Shown piece after piece: positions 24,026 to 32,578 of a DNA stretch of 64,000 nt. Both the position numbers and the translations under genes were made by a program. Positions within the stretch are counted from its first letter, which is position 1; every line of letters begins with the position of its first letter. Below the pieces are notes generated by a model. It saw only the letters and a program-made list of their open reading frames with translations. It did not search any database and was not told where the DNA came from. The DNA comes from Spirochaetia bacterium (lineage in GTDB: Bacteria > Spirochaetota > Spirochaetia > SZUA-6 > Bin103): NCBI GenBank assembly GCA_965199955.1, contig CBDATQ010000001.1, positions 1,120,001 through 1,184,000 of the forward strand, read 5' to 3'.

Positions 24026-24783
24026 GCGCGACCACGACCAGGCCGCGTTCGCCCGAACGCCACATGACGTTCCTGGAGCACGCCGAAGAGCTGCGGCGGC
24101 GGCTGATCGTGTCCGTGATCGCCGCGCTGGTGGCCGCCGGGGTCTGCTACGGGTTCTACGAGTGGATCCTGAACCTGCTGCTCGCGCCTCTGGCGGCGAT
24201 CCAGGAGCGGCTCGGCGAGCAGCAGCTCTATGCGACCTCGCTGCTCGAGGGGTTTCTGGTGCGGATGAAGGTTGCCCTGCTGGCCGGGGTCGTCGCGTCG
24301 CTGCCGGTGCATGCCTACAATGTGATCCGGTTCGTGTTTCCCGCCCTGCAGCGCAAGGAGCGGAGAGTGATCGCGGCCGCGCTCTGGGCAAGCATGGTCC
24401 TGGTCTGCGGCGGGTTTCTCTACGGGTACCACCAGGTGCTGCCGTTGTCGGTCGACTTTCTCACCGGCTCGGGGTTCATCCCGGAGCGGGTGGGGATACT
24501 GCTGAGCTACGACCGCAACGTGTTCTTTCTGCTGCAGATCCTGCTGATGTTCGCGCTCGTGTTCCAGATGCCGGTGGTGCTGTTGCTGTTGCTGCGCGGG
24601 GGCGTGGTGACCCGCCGCGCGCTGCTGCGCGCGAGCCGCTTCGCAATCGTCGGAATCTTCGGGATGGCGGCCCTGATCACGCCGCCGGACGTCGTGTCGC
24701 AGATCGGCCTGGCGCTGCCGATGGTGGCGATGTTCTTCCTGACCATCCTGATCGCCCGCATTCTGCGGTTTGGAGGCGGCTGA
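24022..24783 (+). CDS. tatC: Twin-arginine translocase TatC
   Basis: HAEELRRRL, FPALQRKE, FQMP, ITPPDVVSQ. Confidence 0.95.
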   Translation: MSATTTRPRSPERHMTFLEHAEELRRRLIVSVIAALVAAGVCYGFYEWILNLLLAPLAAIQERLGEQQLYATSLLEGFLVRMKVALLAGVVASLPVHAYNVIRFVFPALQRKERRVIAAALWASMVLVCGGFLYGYHQVLPLSVDFLTGSGFIPERVGILLSYDRNVFFLLQILLMFALVFQMPVVLLLLLRGGVVTRRALLRASRFAIVGIFGMAALITPPDVVSQIGLALPMVAMFFLTILIARILRFGGG

Positions 24784-25097
24784 TGTTCGGCCTCGGGCTC
24801 TGGGAGATCGGCATCATCGCGCTGGTGATCGTGCTGTTCGTGAAGCCGAGCGAGCTGCCGCGCGCGGCGCGCACGGTCGGACGGGTCGTGCGGAAGGTCC
24901 AGACCACGTCCGCGCGTGCCAAGGCGGAGATGCGCCAGCTCGGCGCCGCCCTCGAGCAGGCGGACCAGGAGCGGTCCGGGGCGACGCCGCCGGATGGCGC
25001 GATTCACCCCATGCAGACCCGGCCTGCGGAGGAAGACGGGGACGCGGGACAGGGGTATATTGACAAGACCTCGTCCGGGGACGCGGTAGAGAGGTAG
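24783..25097 (+). CDS. tatB: Twin-arginine translocase TatB/TatA-family subunit
   Basis: MFGLGLWEIGII...KPSELPRAAR; TGATG overlap with tatC. Confidence 0.8.
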   Translation: MFGLGLWEIGIIALVIVLFVKPSELPRAARTVGRVVRKVQTTSARAKAEMRQLGAALEQADQERSGATPPDGAIHPMQTRPAEEDGDAGQGYIDKTSSGDAVER

Positions 25098-25102
25098 CAA
25101 GC

Positions 25103-25327
25103 ATGCTTGGCCATCCGGAGATACTGATCGTCGGCGTGATCGTACTGGTGCTGTTCGGCGCATCGGCGATCCCGCGATTCGCGCGCTCGATCGGCCGCGC
25201 CAAGGCGGAGTTCGAGAAGGGTCTGACGACCGGCCAGAAGGACGCCGAAGGCGCGGAAGGCGACCGCAAGGCGCTGCAGGACACGGCGGAGTCCGACGGC
25301 AGGGCAAATAGCGGCGGGACGAAGTAG
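25103..25327 (+). CDS. tatA: Twin-arginine translocase TatA
   Basis: GHPEILIV..VLFG..IPRFARSIG.A..EF.KG. Confidence 0.9.
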   Translation: MLGHPEILIVGVIVLVLFGASAIPRFARSIGRAKAEFEKGLTTGQKDAEGAEGDRKALQDTAESDGRANSGGTK

Positions 25328-25353
25328 CCGGACTTCAGGGGAGTAGCCGGACC

Positions 25354-26580
25354 TCAGGCGCCGAGCAGCGCCCCCACCCGATCCAGCAGGCGGTGCGCCG
25401 CCTGCTCCTTGGACAGTTCCGGCAGAGGCTCCTCGCGTCCCGTGCGATCTATCAGCGTCAGCGCCACGCGGGCGGCGCCGAACGGCCGCCGGTCGGAACC
25501 GACCGCGTTGGCGGCAATCAGGTCCAGCCGCTTGGTGGCAAGCTTGCGGCGCGCCCCCTCCCGGAGCCGCTCGGTCTCGGCGGCGAAGCCGACCACCACC
25601 GGAGGCCGCTGCCACCCGTCGCCGCCGGCCGCAAGCGATGCCAGTATGTCTTCGGTCGGCTCCAGCTCGATCGTCAACCCGGGCCGTCCCGCCTTCTTGA
25701 TCTTGGCCACCGCGGGCGCCGAGGGACGAAAGTCTGCGACCGCTGCCGACATGATCAGCGCATCCCGGCCCGGCAGGTGCTCCCTGACGGCGTGCGCCAT
25801 GCCGGCGGCGCTCTCGATGCCGATCGGCGTGATGCCGGGCTCGGTCTCGGCGGCGGCGGTGGTCACCAGAGTGACCTCGGCGCCGCGGTCGCGGGCGGCC
25901 GCCGCCACTGCGCGGCCCATCAGGCCGGACGAGCGGTTGGTCAGGGTCCTGACCGGGTCCACGGCCTCCCGCGTGCCGCCGGCGGTGATCAGCATGGAAC
26001 GGCCGGCCAGATCGCCGTGCGCGCCCAGCGCGTGGCGGACATGGCGGGTGATCGACGCCGGTTCGGCCATGCGGCCGACTCCATGGGCGCCGGACGCCAG
26101 CCGGCCGGTCGCAGGCGGAACGATGGTCATCCCGTCGGCGGCGATTTGCTCGACGTTGCGCTGCGTCGGCGGCTTCTCCCACATCGTGCTCTCCATGGCC
26201 GGCGCGACCAGCACCGGCGCCGGACTGGCCAGCACGGTCGCCGCCACCACGTCGTCGGCCGCGCCGCGGGCCAGGCGGGCGATGGTGTTGGCGGACGCCG
26301 GCGCCACGACCACCAGATCGTGCGCGGTCGCAAGCTCGACATGCTGCACGCCCGCGTGATCGGGATCGAACAGGTCGGTGACCACCCGCTCGGCGGTGAT
26401 CGCCTGGAAGGTGAGCGGCTGGATGAACCTGCGGGCTCCGGCCGACATCACCACGCGCACGCGGATGCCGAGTTGCACCAGCTCGCTGACCAGGGCAGCC
26501 GTCTTGTAGGCCGCGATGCCGCCGGTGACGCACACCAGCACCGACCGACCGGCGAACGGGCTTCGCGATTCGGCGTTCAT
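25354..26580 (-). CDS. coaBC: Phosphopantothenoylcysteine decarboxylase/ligase
   Basis: TGGIAAYK, APASANTIA, PAME, TAGGTRE..DPVR, AAVADF, VGFAAET; start MNAES. Confidence 0.95.
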   Translation of the reverse strand: MNAESRSPFAGRSVLVCVTGGIAAYKTAALVSELVQLGIRVRVVMSAGARRFIQPLTFQAITAERVVTDLFDPDHAGVQHVELATAHDLVVVAPASANTIARLARGAADDVVAATVLASPAPVLVAPAMESTMWEKPPTQRNVEQIAADGMTIVPPATGRLASGAHGVGRMAEPASITRHVRHALGAHGDLAGRSMLITAGGTREAVDPVRTLTNRSSGLMGRAVAAAARDRGAEVTLVTTAAAETEPGITPIGIESAAGMAHAVREHLPGRDALIMSAAVADFRPSAPAVAKIKKAGRPGLTIELEPTEDILASLAAGGDGWQRPPVVVGFAAETERLREGARRKLATKRLDLIAANAVGSDRRPFGAARVALTLIDRTGREEPLPELSKEQAAHRLLDRVGALLGA

Positions 26581-26597
26581 GGCGTCCTCGCCGTCGC

Positions 26598-27404
26598 TCA
26601 CGTCTTCCTCCCCGTCCAGGTGTTGCCCGCGTTCGCGTTCCACGTCAGGCGCAGCCCCTTCAGCGTGATCCACGGATCGACCGCGTCGATCACCCGTGTC
26701 AGCGGCGCGATGGTGTCGGCCAGCCCGCCGGTCGCCAGCACGTAGGCGCTGCCGCCGAGCTCGGCCCGGAAGCGCGCCACCATGCCCTCCACCAGGCCCA
26801 CGTAGCCGTAGATCAGCCCGGACTGCACCGCGTGCGTGGTGTTGGTGCCGATCGCGTGAGGCGGCGCCACCAGCTCGATGCGCCCCAGTTTGGCGGCGCG
26901 CTCCGCGAGCGCGTCCGCGGCGATCTCGATGCCGGGGGCGATGGCCCCGCCCAGGTACTGGCCGGACGCGTCGATCGCGTCGAAGGTGGTTCCGGTGCCG
27001 AAGTCCACCACGCAGACCGGGCCGCCGTGCTCGGCGAACGCCGCCGCGGCGTCGACGATGCGGTCGGCGCCCACGTCCCGCAGGCTGTCGTAGCGGACGC
27101 GCACGCCGGTCCTGACGCCGACGCCGACGATGAGCGGCTCCAGTCCCAGCCGGCTGCGGCACAGCGTGGCGAACACTCCCTGCACCGCCGGCACCGAGCT
27201 GGCGATCGCGACCGCGTCGATCGCCTCCTCCGTCAGTCCCTCCAACTGCAGGAGTTGCCGGAGCAGCACGGCGTACTCGTCGGCCTGCGCGTTGGCGCGG
27301 GTCGACAGCCGCCACGTGGCAGCGGGCGCGGCGTGCTCGGCCGCATCGGGCGGAAAGGTCCCCAGCACGATGTTGGTATTGCCGATGTCCATGCAGAGCA
27401 GCAT
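26598..27404 (-). CDS. coaX: Type III pantothenate kinase
   Basis: DIGNTN, SSVP, VGADR, VDFGT.TTFD, GGAIAPG, ATGG. Confidence 0.95.
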   Translation of the reverse strand: MLLCMDIGNTNIVLGTFPPDAAEHAAPAATWRLSTRANAQADEYAVLLRQLLQLEGLTEEAIDAVAIASSVPAVQGVFATLCRSRLGLEPLIVGVGVRTGVRVRYDSLRDVGADRIVDAAAAFAEHGGPVCVVDFGTGTTFDAIDASGQYLGGAIAPGIEIAADALAERAAKLGRIELVAPPHAIGTNTTHAVQSGLIYGYVGLVEGMVARFRAELGGSAYVLATGGLADTIAPLTRVIDAVDPWITLKGLRLTWNANAGNTWTGRKT

Positions 27405-28243
27405 CAGCTCACCGGCTCCAGCGGCACGTTGTCGATCAGCCGCACGCCGCCTACGCGGACAGCGACCGACGCGACGCCGGACCGATCGACGGTCTCCAGC
27501 TCCGCCATCGTGTCGGGATCGGCGACGCTCGCGTATTCCAGGTCGACGCTGCCGCGCAGCCGGTCGCGGAGCACCGCGCGCAGCGCCTCGGCATCCCGCT
27601 CGCCGGCGCCGAACCGCGCCCGGCATGCCTCCAGGGCGCGCGGGATCGCGACGGCGCGGGCTCGCTGCTCCGGGGTGAGCAGCGCATTGCGCGAGCTCAG
27701 CGCCACGCCGTCGTGGTCGCGGACCGTCGCGCAGACGACCATTTCGACGTCGATGTCGAGATCGGTGACCATGCGCCGCAGCACGGCGACCTGTTGCGCG
27801 TCCTTCTGTCCGAAGTAGGCGCGCGCGGGCGTGACGATGTTCAGCAGCTTGGCCACCACCGTGCAGACAGCGGGGAAGTGGCCGGGCCTCCCGGCGCCTT
27901 CCAGCGGCTCGCCGACCCGTCCTGGCAGCACCGTGGTTTCGAACCCGGGCGGATACATCGTCTGCACCGCCGGCGCGAACACCAGGGAGGCTCCGGCGTC
28001 GCGGAACAGCGCCAGGTCGTCGTCCCGCGTGCGCGGATAGGACTCCAGGTCGGCCTCTTCGGAGAATTGCGTGGGGTTGAGGAACAGCGTCCCCACCACG
28101 GTGTCACCGGCGGCACTGGCGTGCTCGACCAGTGACCGATGTCCGGCGTGCAGCGCGCCCAGCGTCGCGACCAGGCCGACCGTCGACCGGCCCACGGCGC
28201 GCACGAACGAGCGCACCTGGTCGATCCGTTCGACCACCCTCAT
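27404..28243 (-). CDS. panC: Pantoate-beta-alanine ligase
   Basis: GALHAGH, NPTQF, RPGHF, FGQKDAQQ, LSSRN, RLIDN. Confidence 0.96.
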   Translation of the reverse strand: MRVVERIDQVRSFVRAVGRSTVGLVATLGALHAGHRSLVEHASAAGDTVVGTLFLNPTQFSEEADLESYPRTRDDDLALFRDAGASLVFAPAVQTMYPPGFETTVLPGRVGEPLEGAGRPGHFPAVCTVVAKLLNIVTPARAYFGQKDAQQVAVLRRMVTDLDIDVEMVVCATVRDHDGVALSSRNALLTPEQRARAVAIPRALEACRARFGAGERDAEALRAVLRDRLRGSVDLEYASVADPDTMAELETVDRSGVASVAVRVGGVRLIDNVPLEPVS

Positions 28244-29121
28244 GCCGTCCTCGTGCGCAGCCCCGCTTCGCGCCGCTCGGCGGCCAGCGCATGGTCGAAG
28301 CGGGCGATCTCATCGGCCGGCATGAGATAAGCGTGCTCCTTGTCCGGATAGGCGCGGGTGCGCACGTCACGGGCGTAGTCGGCGATCGCGCGGCTGATCT
28401 CCGCGCCCGCTTCGCCATAGCGGCGCACGAAGCGGGGCGAGGGGCCGGAGTGGATGCCGGTGAGCTCATGGAACACCAGCACCTGCCCGGAGCAGCCGGC
28501 GCCCGCGCCGATGCCGATCGTCGGCACGGCCAAGTCGGACGTGATGCGGCTCGCCACCGCACGCACGACCGCCTCCAGCACGATCGAGAAGCAGCCGGCG
28601 CGCTCCAGCGCCAGCGCGTCCCGGTAGAGCTGGATGCCGGTCGCGGCGTCGCGGCCGGTCACGATGTGCGATCCGAAGCTGACCGCCGACTGAGGCGTGT
28701 AGCCGATGTGCCCCATCACCGCGACGCCAGCGTCGACGATGGCCCGCGCGGCCCGTGCGCGGATTTCGCCCCCCTCGATCTTGACCGCGTCGACACCGCC
28801 CTCCTTGACGAAGCGGATGGCGTTGCGCACCGCCTCCTCCTCGGAGACCTGGTAGGAGCCGAGCGGCATGTCGCCGACCACCAGCGCGCGCGGCCGTGTA
28901 CGGGTGACCGCACGGCAGTGGTGGAGCATCTCGTCCATGGTCACGGGGACGGTGCTGTCGTATCCCAGGGCGAACTCTGCCAAGGTGTCGCCCACCAGGA
29001 TCAGGTCGACGCCGGCGCCGTCGGCCAGACGGGCGCTCGCCGCGTCGTAGGCGGTGACCATCACCAGCGGCTCCCGGTCGGGGCGCGTGATGTCGGTCAG
29101 CGTGTAGCGGGACCGTTCCAT
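28240..29121 (-). CDS. panB: 3-methyl-2-oxobutanoate hydroxymethyltransferase
   Basis: TAYD, LVGDTL, DMPLGSY, VKIEGG, GHIG.TPQ, IGIGAG; SD GAAGGAG 6 nt before ATG 29121. Confidence 0.96.
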   Translation of the reverse strand: MERSRYTLTDITRPDREPLVMVTAYDAASARLADGAGVDLILVGDTLAEFALGYDSTVPVTMDEMLHHCRAVTRTRPRALVVGDMPLGSYQVSEEEAVRNAIRFVKEGGVDAVKIEGGEIRARAARAIVDAGVAVMGHIGYTPQSAVSFGSHIVTGRDAATGIQLYRDALALERAGCFSIVLEAVVRAVASRITSDLAVPTIGIGAGAGCSGQVLVFHELTGIHSGPSPRFVRRYGEAGAEISRAIADYARDVRTRAYPDKEHAYLMPADEIARFDHALAAERREAGLRTRTA

Positions 29122-29164
29122 GGGCATCTCCTTCGCCCAAGGCGGACCCCGTGTGGAGCGTGTT

Positions 29165-29255
29165 GCGCATCTGCCGTGCCGTCCCGGTGGGTACGGCCGG
29201 CGCGACGGCTCCGTGGGACCGGCTGGGGCTTGCCGCCTCACCGAGGTCGGCTGCT
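29165..29255 (-). ncRNA. Candidate pan-motif-like cis-regulatory RNA in panB 5' UTR
   Basis: Minus strand GACCTCGGTGAGGCGG...CCGGTCCCACGGAGCCG downstream of TTGCGA-N18-TATACT; similarity to the pan motif is recalled, not computed. Confidence 0.5.
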
Positions 29256-29375
29256 CTGTTTCCGCAGTATAGGGCGATGCTCGGGGCGATCGCAAACGCT
29301 GCTTCGTCCCGTCGGGCAGCCTCAGGTCGCCGCGCGATTCGCTGCGTGGCGACGAATTCGCGCCTTTCCGGTGCC

Positions 29376-29404
29376 TTGACGCGAGCCGCCCGCGCCGGTA
29401 GCTT
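29376..29404 (+). promoter_or_regulatory. sigma70 promoter for cimA leader
   Basis: TTGACG-N17-TAGCTT, 7 nt before leader ATG 29412. Confidence 0.6.
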
Positions 29405-29411
29405 GCAACCG

Positions 29412-29471
29412 ATGGCGAGGCGCACTCCGATCAGGATTATCGAGGGCCTTCGAGGGTCCCATGTGCGCTAG
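29412..29471 (+). CDS. Putative Ile-sensing leader peptide MARRTPIRIIEGLRGSHVR
   Basis: Three Ile codons in four positions; between promoter and terminator-like hairpin upstream of cimA. Confidence 0.6.
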   Translation: MARRTPIRIIEGLRGSHVR

Positions 29472-29496
29472 CTGATCGCGACGACGTGATCGAGGC

Positions 29497-29532
29497 AGGC
29501 CGTGGGCTCCCGGAGGCTCACGGCCTTTCTCG
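29497..29532 (+). terminator. Attenuator-like hairpin
   Basis: AGGCCGTGGGC/GCTCACGGCCT 11-bp stem followed by a weak TTTCTC tail. Confidence 0.6.
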
Positions 29533-29552
29533 TGTAGAAGAGCCGGTGCCTC

Positions 29553-31130
29553 GTGGAGCGTGAAGGGGGGGACGACGCGAAGATGATCGAGGTGATGGAC
29601 ACCACGCTGCGGGACGGCGAGCAGATGCGTGACGTCAGCTATACGCCGGACGAGAAGCTCTCCGTCGCCCAGTTCGTGCTGGAGGAGGTCGGCGTGGACC
29701 GCATCGAGATCGCCAGCGCGCAGGTGAGCGCCGGCGAGCGGGCGGGGGCGGAGACGGTGCTGCGCTGGGCCAACGCGCACGGGGTCGCCGAGCGCGTCGA
29801 GATCCTGGGCTACACTGACGGGGAGGCGTCCGCGCGCTGGATCGCCGACCTGGGCGGGAAGGTGATGAACGTGCTGGCCAAGGGATCGCTCAGGCACCTG
29901 ACCACGCAGCTCCGCAAGACGCCCGAGCAGCACCGGCAGGACATCGACGACACGGTGCGCAAGGCGCGGCGGCTCGGCGTGGCGTGCAACCTCTACCTGG
30001 AGGACTGGTCCAACGGTATGGTCGACTCGCGCGACTACGTCCTGGAGCTCATCGGCGGCTTGGCCGGTACGCCGCTCGTGCGCATCATGCTGCCGGACAC
30101 CCTGGGCGTGCTGTCGCCCGGGATGGTGACCGAGATGGTCGGGGCCGTCCTGAGCCGATTTCCCGATCGCCACTTCGACTTTCACGCGCACAACGACTAC
30201 GGCTTGGCGACGGCGAACACGCTGGCGGCGGTTGCGGCCGGCGTCGCCGGCGTGCACTGCACGGTCAACGGCATGGGCGAGCGTGCCGGCAATGCGCCGC
30301 TGGACGAGGTGGTGGTCGGCATGCACGACTTCCTGGGCAGGGACACCCGTGTCCGGGAGAACAGGCTGGTGCAGGTGAGCGAGCGGGTGGACGTGGTGTC
30401 CGGCCGGCGCGTGCCGCCCAACAAGGCGATCTCCGGCGCCAACGCCTTCACCCAGACCGCCGGCATCCACGCCGACGGCGATCGCAAGGGAGACCTGTAC
30501 CAGGGCCAGCTGCTGCCCGAGCGGTTCGGCCGGGAGCGCTCCTACGCGCTCGGCAAGCTGGCCGGCAAGGCGACCCTGGAGCACCACCTGGACGCGCTCG
30601 GCATCGAGCTTTCGGGCGAACAGCGCGGCGCCGTGCTGGATCGGGTCAAGGAGCTGGCCGACCGCAAGGCGACGATTACCCAGCAGGACCTCCCCTACAT
30701 CGTCGACGACGTGCTGGCGCGTCCCCACGAGCGCCACTTCGTTCTCGAGTCGGTGGTGGTGGTCTCCGCCATCGGCCTGCGCTCGACGGCCACCGTGAAG
30801 CTGCGCTATACCGCTCCCGAAGGGAGCGACGCCACGATCCACGAGGACTCGGCACAGGGCGACGGCGGGTACGACGCGTTCATGAACGCCGTGGGCCGGA
30901 TCGCCGGCAGGATCGGCCTCACGCTGCCGGAGCTCATCGACTACGTCGTCTCCATTCCTCCGGGAGGTCATTCGGATGCGATCGTGCAGTGCACGATCAC
31001 ATGGCGCGGCGACGGTGACACGCTGACGACCAAGGGGGTCAACTCCGACCAGGTGCTGGCCGCGACGGACGCGACCGAGAAGATGCTCAACGTGTGGATC
31101 GCCCGCGTCGGCGGCAACGGTGCCCCGTGA
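29553..31130 (+). CDS. cimA: (R)-citramalate synthase, Leptospira/Bacteroides type
   Basis: DTTLRDGEQ, YLEDWSNGM, HAHND, GIHADG, C-terminal regulatory domain GDGGYDAF...DQV.A; start may be 29583. Confidence 0.85.
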   Translation: MEREGGDDAKMIEVMDTTLRDGEQMRDVSYTPDEKLSVAQFVLEEVGVDRIEIASAQVSAGERAGAETVLRWANAHGVAERVEILGYTDGEASARWIADLGGKVMNVLAKGSLRHLTTQLRKTPEQHRQDIDDTVRKARRLGVACNLYLEDWSNGMVDSRDYVLELIGGLAGTPLVRIMLPDTLGVLSPGMVTEMVGAVLSRFPDRHFDFHAHNDYGLATANTLAAVAAGVAGVHCTVNGMGERAGNAPLDEVVVGMHDFLGRDTRVRENRLVQVSERVDVVSGRRVPPNKAISGANAFTQTAGIHADGDRKGDLYQGQLLPERFGRERSYALGKLAGKATLEHHLDALGIELSGEQRGAVLDRVKELADRKATITQQDLPYIVDDVLARPHERHFVLESVVVVSAIGLRSTATVKLRYTAPEGSDATIHEDSAQGDGGYDAFMNAVGRIAGRIGLTLPELIDYVVSIPPGGHSDAIVQCTITWRGDGDTLTTKGVNSDQVLAATDATEKMLNVWIARVGGNGAP

Positions 31131-32578
31131 GCCGGGCGGCAGCGAAGCTGGGGGACAGGGCCAAACTCTGGGACAAGGGCGGTCATCTTGATCCGGCCGT
31201 CGAGCGCTTCACGGTCGGCGACGACCGCATCCATGACCGGAAGCTGCTGAAGGCCGACGCGGTCGCCAGCCTCGCGCACGCCGACATGCTCGGGGCGATC
31301 GGCATCCTTCAGGCGGCCGAGCTCGCCGCGCTGCGGGAGGCGCTTCGGGAGGCGCTTGCCGAAATCGACGCCGGCCGGTTCCGAATTCGGGATGACGAGG
31401 AGGACGGCCACTCCGCCCTGGAGCGGTTCCTGACCGGGAGGGTAGGGGAGCCCGGCAAGAAGATACACACGGGACGTTCGCGCAACGACCAGGTGATCGG
31501 TGCCTTGCGCCTGTACACGCGCGAGTGGCTGCTCGACTTCCGCGCGGAAATCGCCGGGCTGACAGGTACGCTGCTTGACTTCGCGGGCGCTCACGCGCGG
31601 ACGCCGATGGCCGGCCGTACCCACATGCAGCCGGCGATGCCGTCAACCGTCGGGCTGTGGGCGGCCGCGGTCGCCGAGGCCCTGATCGACGACGCGGACC
31701 TGGTCGCCTGCGCGTATCGCCGCAACGACCGCAACCCGCTCGGTGCGGCCGCCGGGTACGGTGTCCCGTTGCCGCTGGACCGCCGGAAGGTGGCCGCGTC
31801 GCTGGGCTTTCCGGGTGTTCAGAACAACGTGCTGTACGTGAACACCAGCCGCGGCGCGGTGGAGGCGCAGGTTGCGGAGGCGGCCGGCCGCGTCTGCGCC
31901 ACGCTCGCGCGGCTCGCCTGGGACCTGCTTCTGTTCACGCTGCCGGAGTTCGGCTACTTCCGCCTTCCGGAGGAGCTGACCACTGGCAGCAGCATCATGC
32001 CGCAGAAGCGCAACCCGGACTTGCTGGAGCTGGTGCGGGCCAAGGCCGCGTTCGTCGACGGTCAGGCAGCGACCATCCGGGCTATCGCGCAGCACCTGCC
32101 GAGCGGCTATCACCGCGACCTTCAGCAAACCAAGGGCCCGTTCCTGGACGCGCTGGAGGAGGCGGCGGGCTGCGTCACGGTGATGCGGCTGGCCGTTTCG
32201 CGGCTGACGGTCGACGAGCGCCGGCTGCGGGACGGCTGTACGCCGGAGTTGCTGGCGACCGACCGCGCCTACGAGCTGGTCGTGCAGGGCATTCCGTTCC
32301 GTGATGCCTACCGTCAGGTCGGCGCAGAGCTGCGCGAGGCGGGCGAAGGCCCTCCCCTTCGGGACGCAGCCGCCCTCGCCGCCGCACTCGCCAAGGACTA
32401 TCCCGGCGCACCGGGCAATCTGGCGCTGGACGACGCTCGGGGGGAACTGCTGAAACTGCGCAGCGCCGAGAATGACGACCGTTCGGCCGTGACCCGCGCG
32501 TTGGTGCGGCTGGCCGGGCCGGCGGCGGAGCGGCTGACGGATTCCGGGCGAGCCGGCGCCGGCAGGGAAGGTGCCTGA
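31127..32578 (+). CDS. argH: Argininosuccinate lyase
   Basis: HTGRSRNDQ, THMQPA, TGSSIMPQKRNPD, PFRDAY. Confidence 0.95.
   Translation: MSRAAAKLGDRAKLWDKGGHLDPAVERFTVGDDRIHDRKLLKADAVASLAHADMLGAIGILQAAELAALREALREALAEIDAGRFRIRDDEEDGHSALERFLTGRVGEPGKKIHTGRSRNDQVIGALRLYTREWLLDFRAEIAGLTGTLLDFAGAHARTPMAGRTHMQPAMPSTVGLWAAAVAEALIDDADLVACAYRRNDRNPLGAAAGYGVPLPLDRRKVAASLGFPGVQNNVLYVNTSRGAVEAQVAEAAGRVCATLARLAWDLLLFTLPEFGYFRLPEELTTGSSIMPQKRNPDLLELVRAKAAFVDGQAATIRAIAQHLPSGYHRDLQQTKGPFLDALEEAAGCVTVMRLAVSRLTVDERRLRDGCTPELLATDRAYELVVQGIPFRDAYRQVGAELREAGEGPPLRDAAALAAALAKDYPGAPGNLALDDARGELLKLRSAENDDRSAVTRALVRLAGPAAERLTDSGRAGAGREGA

Noticed and set aside
25060..25095. TTGACA inside tatB as an internal tatA promoter
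   Set aside because: No acceptable -10 element at 16-18 bp spacing
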